Shown here one piece after another: positions 1-8,563 of a stretch of 38,156 bases of DNA. Position 1 is the first letter of the stretch. Each line of letters begins with the position of its first letter. The notes beneath the pieces were generated by a model. The model searched no databases. It saw only the letters and a list, made by a program, of their open reading frames with translations, and was not told the origin of the DNA. The stretch is from an uncultured Leptospiraceae bacterium (lineage in GTDB: Bacteria > Spirochaetota > Leptospiria > Leptospirales > Leptospiraceae), in contig CALDSP010000125.1 in NCBI GenBank assembly GCA_937924465.1, positions 1 to 38,156 of the forward strand. The letters run 5' to 3'. Position numbers and translations under genes: made by a program.

Positions 1-1283
1 GGTCCAATCAGTATTTCCCTGCATAAAATAATTGCTTTGTCTAAATATTCCCTTATTTCCGATGAAACATTAAACAAAAAGTTTGTTTTGACTCTTTCCA
101 TTTTCAGTAGCTCGTCTTCTTGTTTTTGAAAATTTTTATAGCTAATTACCATTTCTTCTGAAAGTTGTATGGAAATATTTATTAAAAAAAACAAAAAACC
201 AAAATGTAAAGTAGGAGGAATACTTATAAATTCAAGGGCTCTAAGTGTATCTAAAATTACTGTAGGGATTAGTCCTATTGTGCCGTATAAAATGTATCGT
301 ATCTTTTTGGACGTTATACGATAAAACTTGTATAAAATTAAAATTACATATAAAGTAGGAAGAAAAAGGAAATATGCATTTAGATCAATCAATATAAGCC
401 ACTTATCGGGTGTTCTTGAAAAATAAGCATATATGATTAAACCACCTTGAAAAAGATCATAAAGATATGTATACCACTTTCTTTTCAATTCCAAATACTG
501 AGTTAAAAAATTTACAAATAAAACTGGTAGTGAAAAAAGTAAAACTAGTTCAAAAGAATAAGAGAAAGCGAAATCCTGAAAAAGCTGATATCGAAAATTT
601 GTCCTTAATAAGGTATACAATCCTAAAAAAATAGAAAATAAAGAAAATAAAAGATTACTTTGGTTATTTGAACGAACAAGGGAACCTATTATAAAAAAAA
701 TTCCCATACTAAGAAAAACAAATCCACTGATAGTAGGAAAAATATGTTTTCTTAAATTCTTTGTATAAAGATCTGTTTCTTTTCCAATGGAAGGAGAAAT
801 GGCTAAACCATGGAGTCTAGTTGTTGCATATACTCGTATTGCTAAAACATTTTTTCCCGATTGTAGTAAAGCGTCTGGAATAGAATAATTTCTTTCTTTT
901 TCAATATCTACTTCAATATTTGGCTGGAAACTCCCTGTTTTTCCAATTAAAACTCCATTCCAATATACTTCATCGGCATCTCGAATTTTTCCTAAACTGA
1001 CGCCTAACGTAGTTGGGAGTTCATCTGGTAAAAAAATAGGACACCTATACCAATAAAACCCAAATGGGCGTTTGTCCTGTTCTTTTGTGTAATCTGGTAA
1101 ACCTATTCTTTGCCATCGACTGTCTTCTGTTTCAACTTCTTTCCAATCAATATTATCTCCTCTAGTAAAGAACCATCCTCCTTTTAAAGAAATTGGTTTA
1201 GTAAAATTGGAAATAAGAGTATTACAATCTTCAGAATGTAAAGAAAAAGAAAGTATGATAAATAAAAGAAAAAATTTTTTCAT
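1..1283 (-). CDS. 7TMR-DISM-type membrane sensor, N-terminal part (3' end runs off the window); kinase-like H-box with Ser where His is expected
   Basis: Absent from the ORF track because no stop lies inside the window. My translation from the ATG (complement of 1281-1283) reads MKKFFLLFIILSFSLHSEDCNTLISNFTKPISLKGGWFFTRGDNIDWKEV...GFYWYRCPIFLPDELPTTLGVSLGKIRDADEVYWNGVLIGKTG, which resembles a 7TMR-DISMED2 extracytoplasmic domain. A block of about seven hydrophobic helices follows. At the window edge it reads ELLKMERVKTNFLFNVSSEIREYLDKAIILCREILIG. Confidence 0.7.
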   Translation of the reverse strand, partial: MKKFFLLFIILSFSLHSEDCNTLISNFTKPISLKGGWFFTRGDNIDWKEVETEDSRWQRIGLPDYTKEQDKRPFGFYWYRCPIFLPDELPTTLGVSLGKIRDADEVYWNGVLIGKTGSFQPNIEVDIEKERNYSIPDALLQSGKNVLAIRVYATTRLHGLAISPSIGKETDLYTKNLRKHIFPTISGFVFLSMGIFFIIGSLVRSNNQSNLLFSLFSIFLGLYTLLRTNFRYQLFQDFAFSYSFELVLLFSLPVLFVNFLTQYLELKRKWYTYLYDLFQGGLIIYAYFSRTPDKWLILIDLNAYFLFLPTLYVILILYKFYRITSKKIRYILYGTIGLIPTVILDTLRALEFISIPPTLHFGFLFFLINISIQLSEEMVISYKNFQKQEDELLKMERVKTNFLFNVSSEIREYLDKAIILCREILIG

Positions 1284-1291
1284 ATATCCTC

Positions 1292-3352
1292 TTAAACTTT
1301 GGCAAGTTCAATTTGAGAGTCTACAAGTTTTTGATCAATAACTTTTGGTTTAGAGTAAATTCCATTGTGATCTAAAAATCTAGCTTTTACGTTGTCACTT
1401 AAAATTATAGAAATAATTTTTTCAATTCTTGCTTTATTAGATTTATCTAAAACTGGAAATAGCGCTTCTATTCTTTTGAAAAAATTTCTTGGCATGCAAT
1501 CAGCTGAGGAAAGATAAATGTCTCTTTTTCCCTTATTTTCAAACAAGAAAACTCGCGAATGCTCTAAAAATCTTCCTACAATAGAACGAACTGTAATATT
1601 TTCAGAAATTCCGGGAATACCCGGTTTTAAACAACAAATTCCACGTATGACTAAATCAATTTTTACTCCAACTTGGCTTGCTTCATAAAGAGCTAGAATA
1701 ATTTGTTTATCTACTAAAGCATTCATTTTCATAAAAATATAGGATGGCTTTCCTTTTTTTGCAATTTCAGTTTCGTTTTGAATTAGTTTTAATAATGCGC
1801 TATGTAAATATTTTGGAGCAGCTTTAATATATTGAAAATTTGGCATTTCAGAAAAACTAGTCATTACATTAAATAAAGCTCCAACTTCTTCAGTAATTTC
1901 TTGGGCTTGTGTAAATAGAGATAAATCAGTATAGTATTTTGCAGTTATAGGATTGTAATTTCCAGTACTTAAATGCGCGTAACGTCTTAGTCTATCACTT
2001 TCTCTCCTAACGATGAGCAATAATTTACAATGAATTTTTAATCCAACTACCCCGTATACTACATGAACTCCTGAGTCTTCTAATCTTTGTGACCACATGA
2101 TATTTCTTTCTTCATCAAATCTAGCTTTGAGTTCTACAAGTACTGTAACTTGTTTACCATTTTCTGCAGCTTGTTGAAGATATTGGATAATAGGAGAATC
2201 TCCACTAGTTCTATAAAGTGTCATTTTAATGGCTAGTACTTTGGGATCTTGGCTTGCAAATTTTAGAATATCTTCTACAGCTTGAAAAGAATCATAAGGA
2301 TGATGAAGTAAAATATCACCTTTTCGAATTTGTTGAAAAATTTTATCTAAAGATATGTTTGCAAAAAAATTTTTAGGCTGAATAGGTGTAAATTTTAAAT
2401 GATTTGTATCTGAAAGTCCATAGAAGTACATTAAATCTGTAGTATTTAAAATATTATCTACATTAAAAACTTCATATTCTTGTAGTCCTAATAAATCTCT
2501 GAGCGTTGAGCAAATATAAGCGGAGGAACTAGAAATAATGTCTAGTCTTACGGCATTTCCCCAAATTCGATTTTTGATTTCTTTTTTTACAACTGTTAGT
2601 AAATCAGAAGTGAAATTATCCTCTCGAATAGAAATATCTGCATCTCTTACAATTTTAAAAGCACTAATTTCTTTCACTTGCATTCCGTAAAATAAATCAG
2701 AAAAATGGAGTTCTATAATTTTTTCTAATGGAAAAAATCTTCTTTCCGAAGTTCCATTCGAAGGAAGTTCTACAAAACGTGGCAATACAGAAGGAACTTG
2801 TACTAAAGCAAATAAAATTTTATCTCTATCAGAATTATCTTGTAGTGTAAGAGCTAAATTTAAAGTTTTATTTAAAAGATGGGGAAAGGGATGAGCTGGG
2901 TCCACAGCCAATGGTGTTAAAACCCCAGAGACTTCTTCTTTATAATAAATTTTTAAAAACTGAACGTCTCCATTTAAAAGTTGCGAAGTGTCTTGAATAA
3001 TGGTAATTCCATTTTTCTTTAATTCAGGAAGGATATCATGTTTTAGAGTATTCTGTTGCTCTTTTATTAAATTTTTTGCTTTTAGAGAAATTTCTAAAAG
3101 GACCTCTTGTGGCTTGAGTCCACTCAGTCCTTTTTCTTCTGCTCCTGCAAGCATCATTTCTCGAATACCTGCAACTCGAACCATATAAAATTCATCTAAG
3201 TTAGATTCAGTAATACAAAGAAACTTTAATCTTTCCAGTATAGGATTTGAATGATCTTTTGCTTCTTCTAGAACTCGAAAGTTGAAATCTAACCAAGAAA
3301 GTTCTCTATCAAAAAAAAGCTCTAAATTATCTTCCCTTAGCTCAAGTGTCAT
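1292..3352 (-). CDS. ppk: polyphosphate kinase 1
   Basis: 686 aa. The N-terminus FFDRELSWLDFNFRVLEEAKDHSNPILERLKFLCITESNLDEFYMVRVAG is the canonical PPK1 signature, and the length is typical. Confidence 0.95.
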   Translation of the reverse strand: MTLELREDNLELFFDRELSWLDFNFRVLEEAKDHSNPILERLKFLCITESNLDEFYMVRVAGIREMMLAGAEEKGLSGLKPQEVLLEISLKAKNLIKEQQNTLKHDILPELKKNGITIIQDTSQLLNGDVQFLKIYYKEEVSGVLTPLAVDPAHPFPHLLNKTLNLALTLQDNSDRDKILFALVQVPSVLPRFVELPSNGTSERRFFPLEKIIELHFSDLFYGMQVKEISAFKIVRDADISIREDNFTSDLLTVVKKEIKNRIWGNAVRLDIISSSSAYICSTLRDLLGLQEYEVFNVDNILNTTDLMYFYGLSDTNHLKFTPIQPKNFFANISLDKIFQQIRKGDILLHHPYDSFQAVEDILKFASQDPKVLAIKMTLYRTSGDSPIIQYLQQAAENGKQVTVLVELKARFDEERNIMWSQRLEDSGVHVVYGVVGLKIHCKLLLIVRRESDRLRRYAHLSTGNYNPITAKYYTDLSLFTQAQEITEEVGALFNVMTSFSEMPNFQYIKAAPKYLHSALLKLIQNETEIAKKGKPSYIFMKMNALVDKQIILALYEASQVGVKIDLVIRGICCLKPGIPGISENITVRSIVGRFLEHSRVFLFENKGKRDIYLSSADCMPRNFFKRIEALFPVLDKSNKARIEKIISIILSDNVKARFLDHNGIYSKPKVIDQKLVDSQIELAKV

Positions 3353-3474
3353 GGTCTAAAAGTGAGAATTATTATATTTTTATTCAATGACTTTTCAAAT
3401 TTAAAAAGTGAAAATCTATTTTTTTCTATACATAAAAAAAAACTAGAATAAAAAGGAATATACAGGAGTCGTTT

Positions 3475-5421
3475 ATGCCTTCATTTACAGTTCCGGGTTT
3501 AAGTTCTGGACAAAATACAAATGATATAGTTAAAAAACTTGTAGAAGTTGAAGCTAAACCAATCAAACGTTGGGAACGTGAGAATGAGTATACGCGAATC
3601 CAAGTTCGCGCTTGGAACGAATTAAAAAATAAGGCTGTGGATCTTCAAATCAAAACTAAAAATCTAACTTCTTTTACAGCTCCCTTTTCTTCCAAAAAAA
3701 TTACTGCTAACGAAGAAGGGTATATTAGTGGGGAGGCTGGTAAAAATGCAAAGGTTGCAAAACAAGAAGTAGAAATCGTTCAACTTGCTACAAAACACAA
3801 AGTAGCAGGAACCAAAATTAAAATGCGAACTAAAATTCCTGAGGGAAATTTTACCATCGTTTCTAAAGAAAAGAGAGCTACTATTTCTTTCCAAGGTGGG
3901 GAAATTGAACAGTTAGTAGATAAAATTAAACTTGCAGGAGGGCAGGTAGCTATTCCAAGCCTAACTCGTGTAGATAGTGAAAATTATATATTTTCTCTCA
4001 CTGCCACTCAATTTGGAAAAGAGGCAGAACTAAAATTCCTAGACCCAAATGGAGTCTTAGCAAGTGCCGGACTTGTTGGAGAAAACCAACCTGAACCTCC
4101 TCCCACTTTAAAACCCATTGAATTTACTCCCGATGCGCCTGTTCCTTATTTACCTGAAAAATTTACTAATAACGGAAATCCCGAAAATTCTATTTCCAGA
4201 GGACCGAATGGTTATGTAATAAAACCTAATTCTGCTTTTCAATTTATGATTCAAAAAACTCCAGTTGAAAAATTTTCTTCTCTTGAAATCAATATTGAAC
4301 CTGACGCAGAGGGAAATCTTCCTGACTTTTTAGGATGTGGAGTTGTATATGATAGCAAAGAAGGAGAGAAAGTAAAGTACTCTAGCATTGAAAAAAAAGA
4401 TAATAAGTACTTGCTTAACGTTTATGATTTTGCTAAAAATGAAAATTTACTTCGAATCATAATAGCAAATACTACAGAGAAAGAAATTACTTTCTTAGGT
4501 GCAAACTTGCAAGTTCCGGGAGAGATCACTGGAGCCCCACCTCAGCAAGTTGTTACACAAGCCCAAGATGCAATTTTTAAAATAGATGGAATTGAAATTA
4601 TAAGAGATACTAATGAAAACATTAGAGATGCTATTGAAGGAGCCTCCATTAATTTATTAAAACCAACTCCTAATCCAATTACATTGGAAGTAGTTGCAGA
4701 TGTAACAAAAGGAATTAACATGGTGAGAGAGTTTGTAGAATCCTACAACGAACTCATAAAGTACTCACGTGACGTAAGTGCTACTAATAGAGATTCTAAA
4801 ATAGATTTATCCTCACCTACTAATCAAAAACCAGAGGCCGATATTTCAGAAGAATATTGGTTGAACAAGTCCAAGTCGGGTATTTTAGCAGGAGAGCCAA
4901 CTATTGTGCGTTTAATTTCTTCTTTAAGGGCTGTAATTGGTGCCTCTTATCCATCTTCTACAGAGCCACGATTCAAAGTGCTTTCCGATATTGGGGTTTC
5001 GACGGGGAATCCGGGTTCTTCATGGAAAGAAATACAGGAGGGTTACTTAACTTTAAATGAAACTCAACTTCAGAGTGTTTTAATTGAATATCCTGAATCA
5101 GTGAGGGAGCTTTTTGCCTCCGATACAAATGGAGATAATCGCGCTGACGATGGAGTGGGGATTGCTATCTTAGAAACCCTCAAGCCTTATACGCAATTTA
5201 CTTCTGGAATTATTACAACAAAAGTAAAACTTCATGAAACACAAATCCAAGAAAACAACAAAAAGATTAAAGAGTTTGAATCTCATTTAGCAAATTATGA
5301 AAGAAAACTCAAACAACGTTTTGAATATATGGAACAAGGAATTGGAAAAAATAAAGTAATCAATAATTATTTAAATCAAAGTATAAGACAAATGCGGGCA
5401 AATAATAATAATGATTATTAA
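3475..5421 (+). CDS. fliD: flagellar filament cap protein FliD (hook-associated protein 2)
   Basis: 648 aa. The FliD N-terminal helix region reads PGLSSGQNTNDIVKKLVEVEAKPIKRWERENEYTRIQVRAWNELKNK. The C-terminal FliD block reads IFKIDGIEIIRDTNENIRDAIEGASINLLK ... QRFEYMEQ. RBS-like caggag lies upstream of the ATG. Confidence 0.9.
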   Translation: MPSFTVPGLSSGQNTNDIVKKLVEVEAKPIKRWERENEYTRIQVRAWNELKNKAVDLQIKTKNLTSFTAPFSSKKITANEEGYISGEAGKNAKVAKQEVEIVQLATKHKVAGTKIKMRTKIPEGNFTIVSKEKRATISFQGGEIEQLVDKIKLAGGQVAIPSLTRVDSENYIFSLTATQFGKEAELKFLDPNGVLASAGLVGENQPEPPPTLKPIEFTPDAPVPYLPEKFTNNGNPENSISRGPNGYVIKPNSAFQFMIQKTPVEKFSSLEINIEPDAEGNLPDFLGCGVVYDSKEGEKVKYSSIEKKDNKYLLNVYDFAKNENLLRIIIANTTEKEITFLGANLQVPGEITGAPPQQVVTQAQDAIFKIDGIEIIRDTNENIRDAIEGASINLLKPTPNPITLEVVADVTKGINMVREFVESYNELIKYSRDVSATNRDSKIDLSSPTNQKPEADISEEYWLNKSKSGILAGEPTIVRLISSLRAVIGASYPSSTEPRFKVLSDIGVSTGNPGSSWKEIQEGYLTLNETQLQSVLIEYPESVRELFASDTNGDNRADDGVGIAILETLKPYTQFTSGIITTKVKLHETQIQENNKKIKEFESHLANYERKLKQRFEYMEQGIGKNKVINNYLNQSIRQMRANNNNDY

Positions 5422-5432
5422 AAGGATTGAAT

Positions 5433-6386
5433 ATGCAAGTTTACATAAACGACATTCAAGTAGAAACTCAATTAAACAACGAACAAAACCTAGCTGAAGT
5501 TTACGAAGAAGTAAAAAAATGGGCAGAGTCACAAGGAAAATATTTACTGAAATGTTTTAAGGATGGAGAAGAATACTCGCTCAACGAACTTTCGCAAATG
5601 GAAATTCAACCTTCTGTAAGATTGGATTTTTATATTGGAGAAAGAATTGATGTTTTAGTTTCAACTCTACTTGAACTAGATAATTACATAGATAAAGTTG
5701 GCACAACTTTAGTAGGAAGAGATTCTCTTACTGAAGTGGAGCAAAGGGACCTAAAAGAAGGTCTAAATTGGATGCAAGACGTTTTGTTAAGTGCCTCTCA
5801 ATTTTTGAATTTGGATTATACTAAAATTTTTCCTATTCCAGAGGGAAACAGTGTAGCTCAAATTTTTGCCAATTTACTAGAAAATTCTAAGAAACTTACT
5901 TCTTCTTCACAAATTGAAAGTTTTTTAGAGAACTTGCGAGATTTGAAATTGTTTACTATGAATTTAATTAGTAAAACTACCGCTCTTACAGTAGATATTT
6001 CAACATTGCGAGATGTGATTCGTGCCTACAGTCAAAACATGGAAGTCATTAAAAATGAATTTATACGCGTAAATGAAAATTTACAATCTGGAAAAGAAGT
6101 TTTAGCAGGAGAGATTTTAAATTACTCCACAGAAAGACTCCAAGTTCTTTTAAATGCAATCATGGCTTTGCAAACCAAAACCCCCAATCAAATTTTTGCA
6201 AATATGAAAATTTCTGGAAAAACCTTGTCTCAAACTGTTGAAAAACTTAAAAACTTATTGAATCAAGTTGCAAGTTCATTTGAATCCAATGATTTAATCA
6301 TGGCTGGGGATATTTTAGAATATGAACTTCCAGATGTATTAGAAGAACTTGTTCCTTTTCTTTCAGAATTACATAAAATTGAATGA
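5433..6386 (+). CDS. hypothetical helical protein in the fliD operon (possible flagellar accessory or chaperone-like protein)
   Basis: The ORF track starts at TTG 5427. ATG 5433 sits 7 nt after aaagga (5421-5426), so I prefer it. The gene begins 6-12 nt after the fliD stop, and its stop overlaps the next start (ATGA at 6383-6386). I recognise no family. There is an internal repeat: AQIFANLLENSKKL versus NQIFANMKISGKTL. Confidence 0.75.
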   Translation: MQVYINDIQVETQLNNEQNLAEVYEEVKKWAESQGKYLLKCFKDGEEYSLNELSQMEIQPSVRLDFYIGERIDVLVSTLLELDNYIDKVGTTLVGRDSLTEVEQRDLKEGLNWMQDVLLSASQFLNLDYTKIFPIPEGNSVAQIFANLLENSKKLTSSSQIESFLENLRDLKLFTMNLISKTTALTVDISTLRDVIRAYSQNMEVIKNEFIRVNENLQSGKEVLAGEILNYSTERLQVLLNAIMALQTKTPNQIFANMKISGKTLSQTVEKLKNLLNQVASSFESNDLIMAGDILEYELPDVLEELVPFLSELHKIE

Positions 6387-7492
6387 CTCCAAGAGAATTT
6401 TTTATTGAGGATAGATTAGAAAAATATAGATTAGAAGCAGAGTGTAATTTAGGAGAAAGTGGATTTAGAAACTTTACACTTGGTTATGTATGTGATTTTT
6501 TAGGAATTTCTTTTGATGATTTAAAAACCATTTCTCTAGCAGACTCACCCAATCAAGGAAGAGAAGAGTTACGAAAAGAAATTGCAAAATTATATGAAGG
6601 AATAACTAACGAAGAAGTTTTAGTTACTACAGGTACGTCGGAAGCCTTGTTTCTTTTCTTTTCTTTAATTTTATCTCCAAATGACGTTGTGCGTTATTTA
6701 TCCCCAGCTTTTCAAGCATTATATGAAATTCCTCTTACGTTGGGTGCTAAGTTAGAACCTGTTTTAGTTAAATCAAATGAAATTCTTGTAGATGAACTTT
6801 TTCAAAATAAAGCAAAGCTTATTATCATAAATCATCCACATAATCCAACAGGAGCGACGTTGAGTGAAAAAGAAATTTTAAAGTTAAAAAAGATTCTTTC
6901 TTCTTGGGATGAATATGTTTTATTTGATGAGCATTATCGATTCTTGGATTATGAAAAAGAACTTGGATTCTCGGGAGCAGGACTGGGAAAAAAGATTTTT
7001 GCTACAGGGTCTATTACTAAAAGTTTTGGAGTAACAGGCCTAAGAATTGGTTGGTTAGTTGGAAATAAAGAACTTCTAAAAAAAGCTCGCTCTTTTAAAG
7101 ACTATTTGACTCATACTGTAAATCCTATTTCTGAATTTTTAGCTTTAAAACTTTTACAAAATAGAGAAAAATTTTTAAAACCAATTCGAGAGAACTTACA
7201 ACAAAACTTGAAAGTCTTTTTGGATATTATACCAAAACTTTCTTCTATTCAAAATTTTACTCCACCAAAGGGGGGACTAGTTTCCTTTTTAAAACTTAAA
7301 GAAGGATTTTCCTCACGGGAATACGCAGATGAGTTATACAAAAATACAGGAGTTTTTGTTCTTCCGGGTGCAGATTTTGAAAGTGAGGGTTTTATTCGAG
7401 TCGGTTTAGGAGAAACTCATGAAAGATTTCGAACAGGTCTATTGAAATGGATTGAATGGGACTCAAAAATATTGAATACTAATAAATATTAA
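6383..7492 (+). CDS. PLP-dependent aminotransferase, class I/II fold
   Basis: 369 aa. The PLP-lysine context is GSITKSFGVTGLRIGWLVG. Other typical fold-type-I motifs are INHPHNPTGATL and VLPGADFESEGFIRVGL. Substrate specificity cannot be called. Confidence 0.85.
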   Translation: MTPREFFIEDRLEKYRLEAECNLGESGFRNFTLGYVCDFLGISFDDLKTISLADSPNQGREELRKEIAKLYEGITNEEVLVTTGTSEALFLFFSLILSPNDVVRYLSPAFQALYEIPLTLGAKLEPVLVKSNEILVDELFQNKAKLIIINHPHNPTGATLSEKEILKLKKILSSWDEYVLFDEHYRFLDYEKELGFSGAGLGKKIFATGSITKSFGVTGLRIGWLVGNKELLKKARSFKDYLTHTVNPISEFLALKLLQNREKFLKPIRENLQQNLKVFLDIIPKLSSIQNFTPPKGGLVSFLKLKEGFSSREYADELYKNTGVFVLPGADFESEGFIRVGLGETHERFRTGLLKWIEWDSKILNTNKY

Positions 7493-7496
7493 AAAA

Positions 7497-7518
7497 GAGA
7501 GTAACCGAAGTTACCCTC
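7497..7518 (-). terminator. rho-independent terminator of flaB (shared convergent gap with the aminotransferase gene)
   Basis: The minus-strand RNA is GAGGGUAAC-UUCG-GUUACUCUC followed by UUUUUU. This is a 9-bp stem including one G-U pair, with a UUCG tetraloop and a U-tract. It lies 13 nt after the flaB stop. On the plus strand the same stem has an A-C mismatch and only a UU tail. Confidence 0.7.
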
Positions 7519-7530
7519 TTCCAATGACGC

Positions 7531-8379
7531 TTAACGTAAGAGTTGTAATACGTTTTGTGGTCTTGTGTTAGCTTGAGCAAGCATAGCAGTGCCAGCTTGA
7601 GTAAGAATTTGATAACGAGTAAGGCTAACCATTTGTTCAGCCATGTCAGTATCACGAATTCTTGATTCAGTAGCTTGAAGGTTTTCATAACCATTCATGA
7701 GACCACGAATTGCATGCTCAAGTCTATTTTGGTAAGCACCAAGGTCGGCTCTTTGTTTAGAGATTTGGCGAAGAGCTTCATCTGCAACACCAATTGCGGC
7801 ATTTGCTTTAGCCATTGTAGAAAGAGATATAAAAGTTAAAACTGTTGGATTGCGAAGTCCAAGTCCCGCAGTCGTCATAGTTTGGATAAACACTCTTTCT
7901 CTTTGGTGCATATTTGCTCCAATGTGAAACCACATACTAGCAGTTGGATTCATGCGAGCAAATCCACCTGTAAGCATTTTCATTTTGTTAAATTCTGCTT
8001 GAGAAGCAATACGGTCAATTTCATCAATCAACTGAGAAACTTCAACTTGGATTTGTTGGCGATCTTCTTCAGTGTAAATACCGTTTGCAGCTTGAACAGC
8101 TAAAACTCGAATTCTTTGTACTATATCTTGAGTTTCTTGAAGGTAGCCTTCTGTAGTTTGGATAAAAGAAATACCATCTTCTCCATTGGCAGTGGCACGT
8201 CTTAAACCATTTACTTGAGCTCTCATTTTTTCAGAAACAGCAAGACCTGCGGCATCATCTCCTGCACGGTTGATTCGCATACCGCTAGAAAGTTTTTCCA
8301 TGTCTTTGCTTTGAAGTTCGTTATTGAACTTAAGCACTCTGTGTGAGTTAATAGCTGATAGGTTGTGGTTGATAATCAT
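7531..8379 (-). CDS. flaB: flagellar filament core protein FlaB (flagellin)
   Basis: 282 aa. [59 protein letters not shown] and the C-terminus [33 protein letters not shown] are classic spirochaetal FlaB. Strong SD AAGGAGGA lies upstream. Confidence 0.95.
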   Translation of the reverse strand: MIINHNLSAINSHRVLKFNNELQSKDMEKLSSGMRINRAGDDAAGLAVSEKMRAQVNGLRRATANGEDGISFIQTTEGYLQETQDIVQRIRVLAVQAANGIYTEEDRQQIQVEVSQLIDEIDRIASQAEFNKMKMLTGGFARMNPTASMWFHIGANMHQRERVFIQTMTTAGLGLRNPTVLTFISLSTMAKANAAIGVADEALRQISKQRADLGAYQNRLEHAIRGLMNGYENLQATESRIRDTDMAEQMVSLTRYQILTQAGTAMLAQANTRPQNVLQLLR

Positions 8380-8385
8380 TCGGTT

Positions 8386-8451
8386 TCCTCCTTGAAATCC
8401 GTCTTTTTTAAAAAGATTTAGTTTTGAGGTCTCATCCTTGATCCCTCAAAA
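8386..8451 (-). promoter_or_regulatory. flaB 5' leader with two candidate CsrA binding sites (hairpin-loop CAAGGAUGA and SD-overlapping CAAGGAGGA)
   Basis: The minus-strand leader has an 8-bp stem, UUUUGAGG (8444-8451) pairing with CCUCAAAA (8422-8429). Its 14-nt loop GAUCAAGGAUGAGA is at 8430-8443. The SD region UUUCAAGGAGGAAAC has its AAGGAGGA at 8386-8393. Confidence 0.5.
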
Positions 8452-8454
8452 TAC

Positions 8455-8462
8455 ATATCGGT
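8455..8462 (-). promoter_or_regulatory. sigma-28 (FliA)-like -10 element upstream of flaB
   Basis: The minus strand reads ACCGATAT, against the sigma-28 -10 consensus GCCGATAA, about 78 nt upstream of the flaB ATG. I could not find a TAAA -35 box at 14-16 nt spacing (TGTG is at that position). Only the -10 half is supported. Confidence 0.35.
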
Positions 8463-8563
8463 TGTTTACGGAAAATTCACAGAATTTTTTTTAAGTTTTT
8501 AACTTTTTTTATTAAATGAAACTATTATGGGAAAATTTGGGTCCCACTGATAAAGGAGTAGGG

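Noticed and set aside
3353-3474. Sigma-28 promoter for fliD in the ppk/fliD divergent spacer, and the A9 tract at 3434-3442 as a phase-variation switch.
   Set aside because: No CGATA-type -10 element is present. A-tracts of this length are common in this AT-rich sequence, and I have no evidence of variability.
8516-8563. The longer N-terminal extensions given by the ORF track for the Spy-like gene (8516), the ECF sigma (8907), sbp (TTG 28583), the quinone reductase (26567) and the 146-aa protein (16111).
   Set aside because: Internal ATGs give proper signal peptides, typical protein lengths, an RBS (aaaggag before 8564) or ATGA coupling. The extensions would overlap upstream genes or a candidate promoter.
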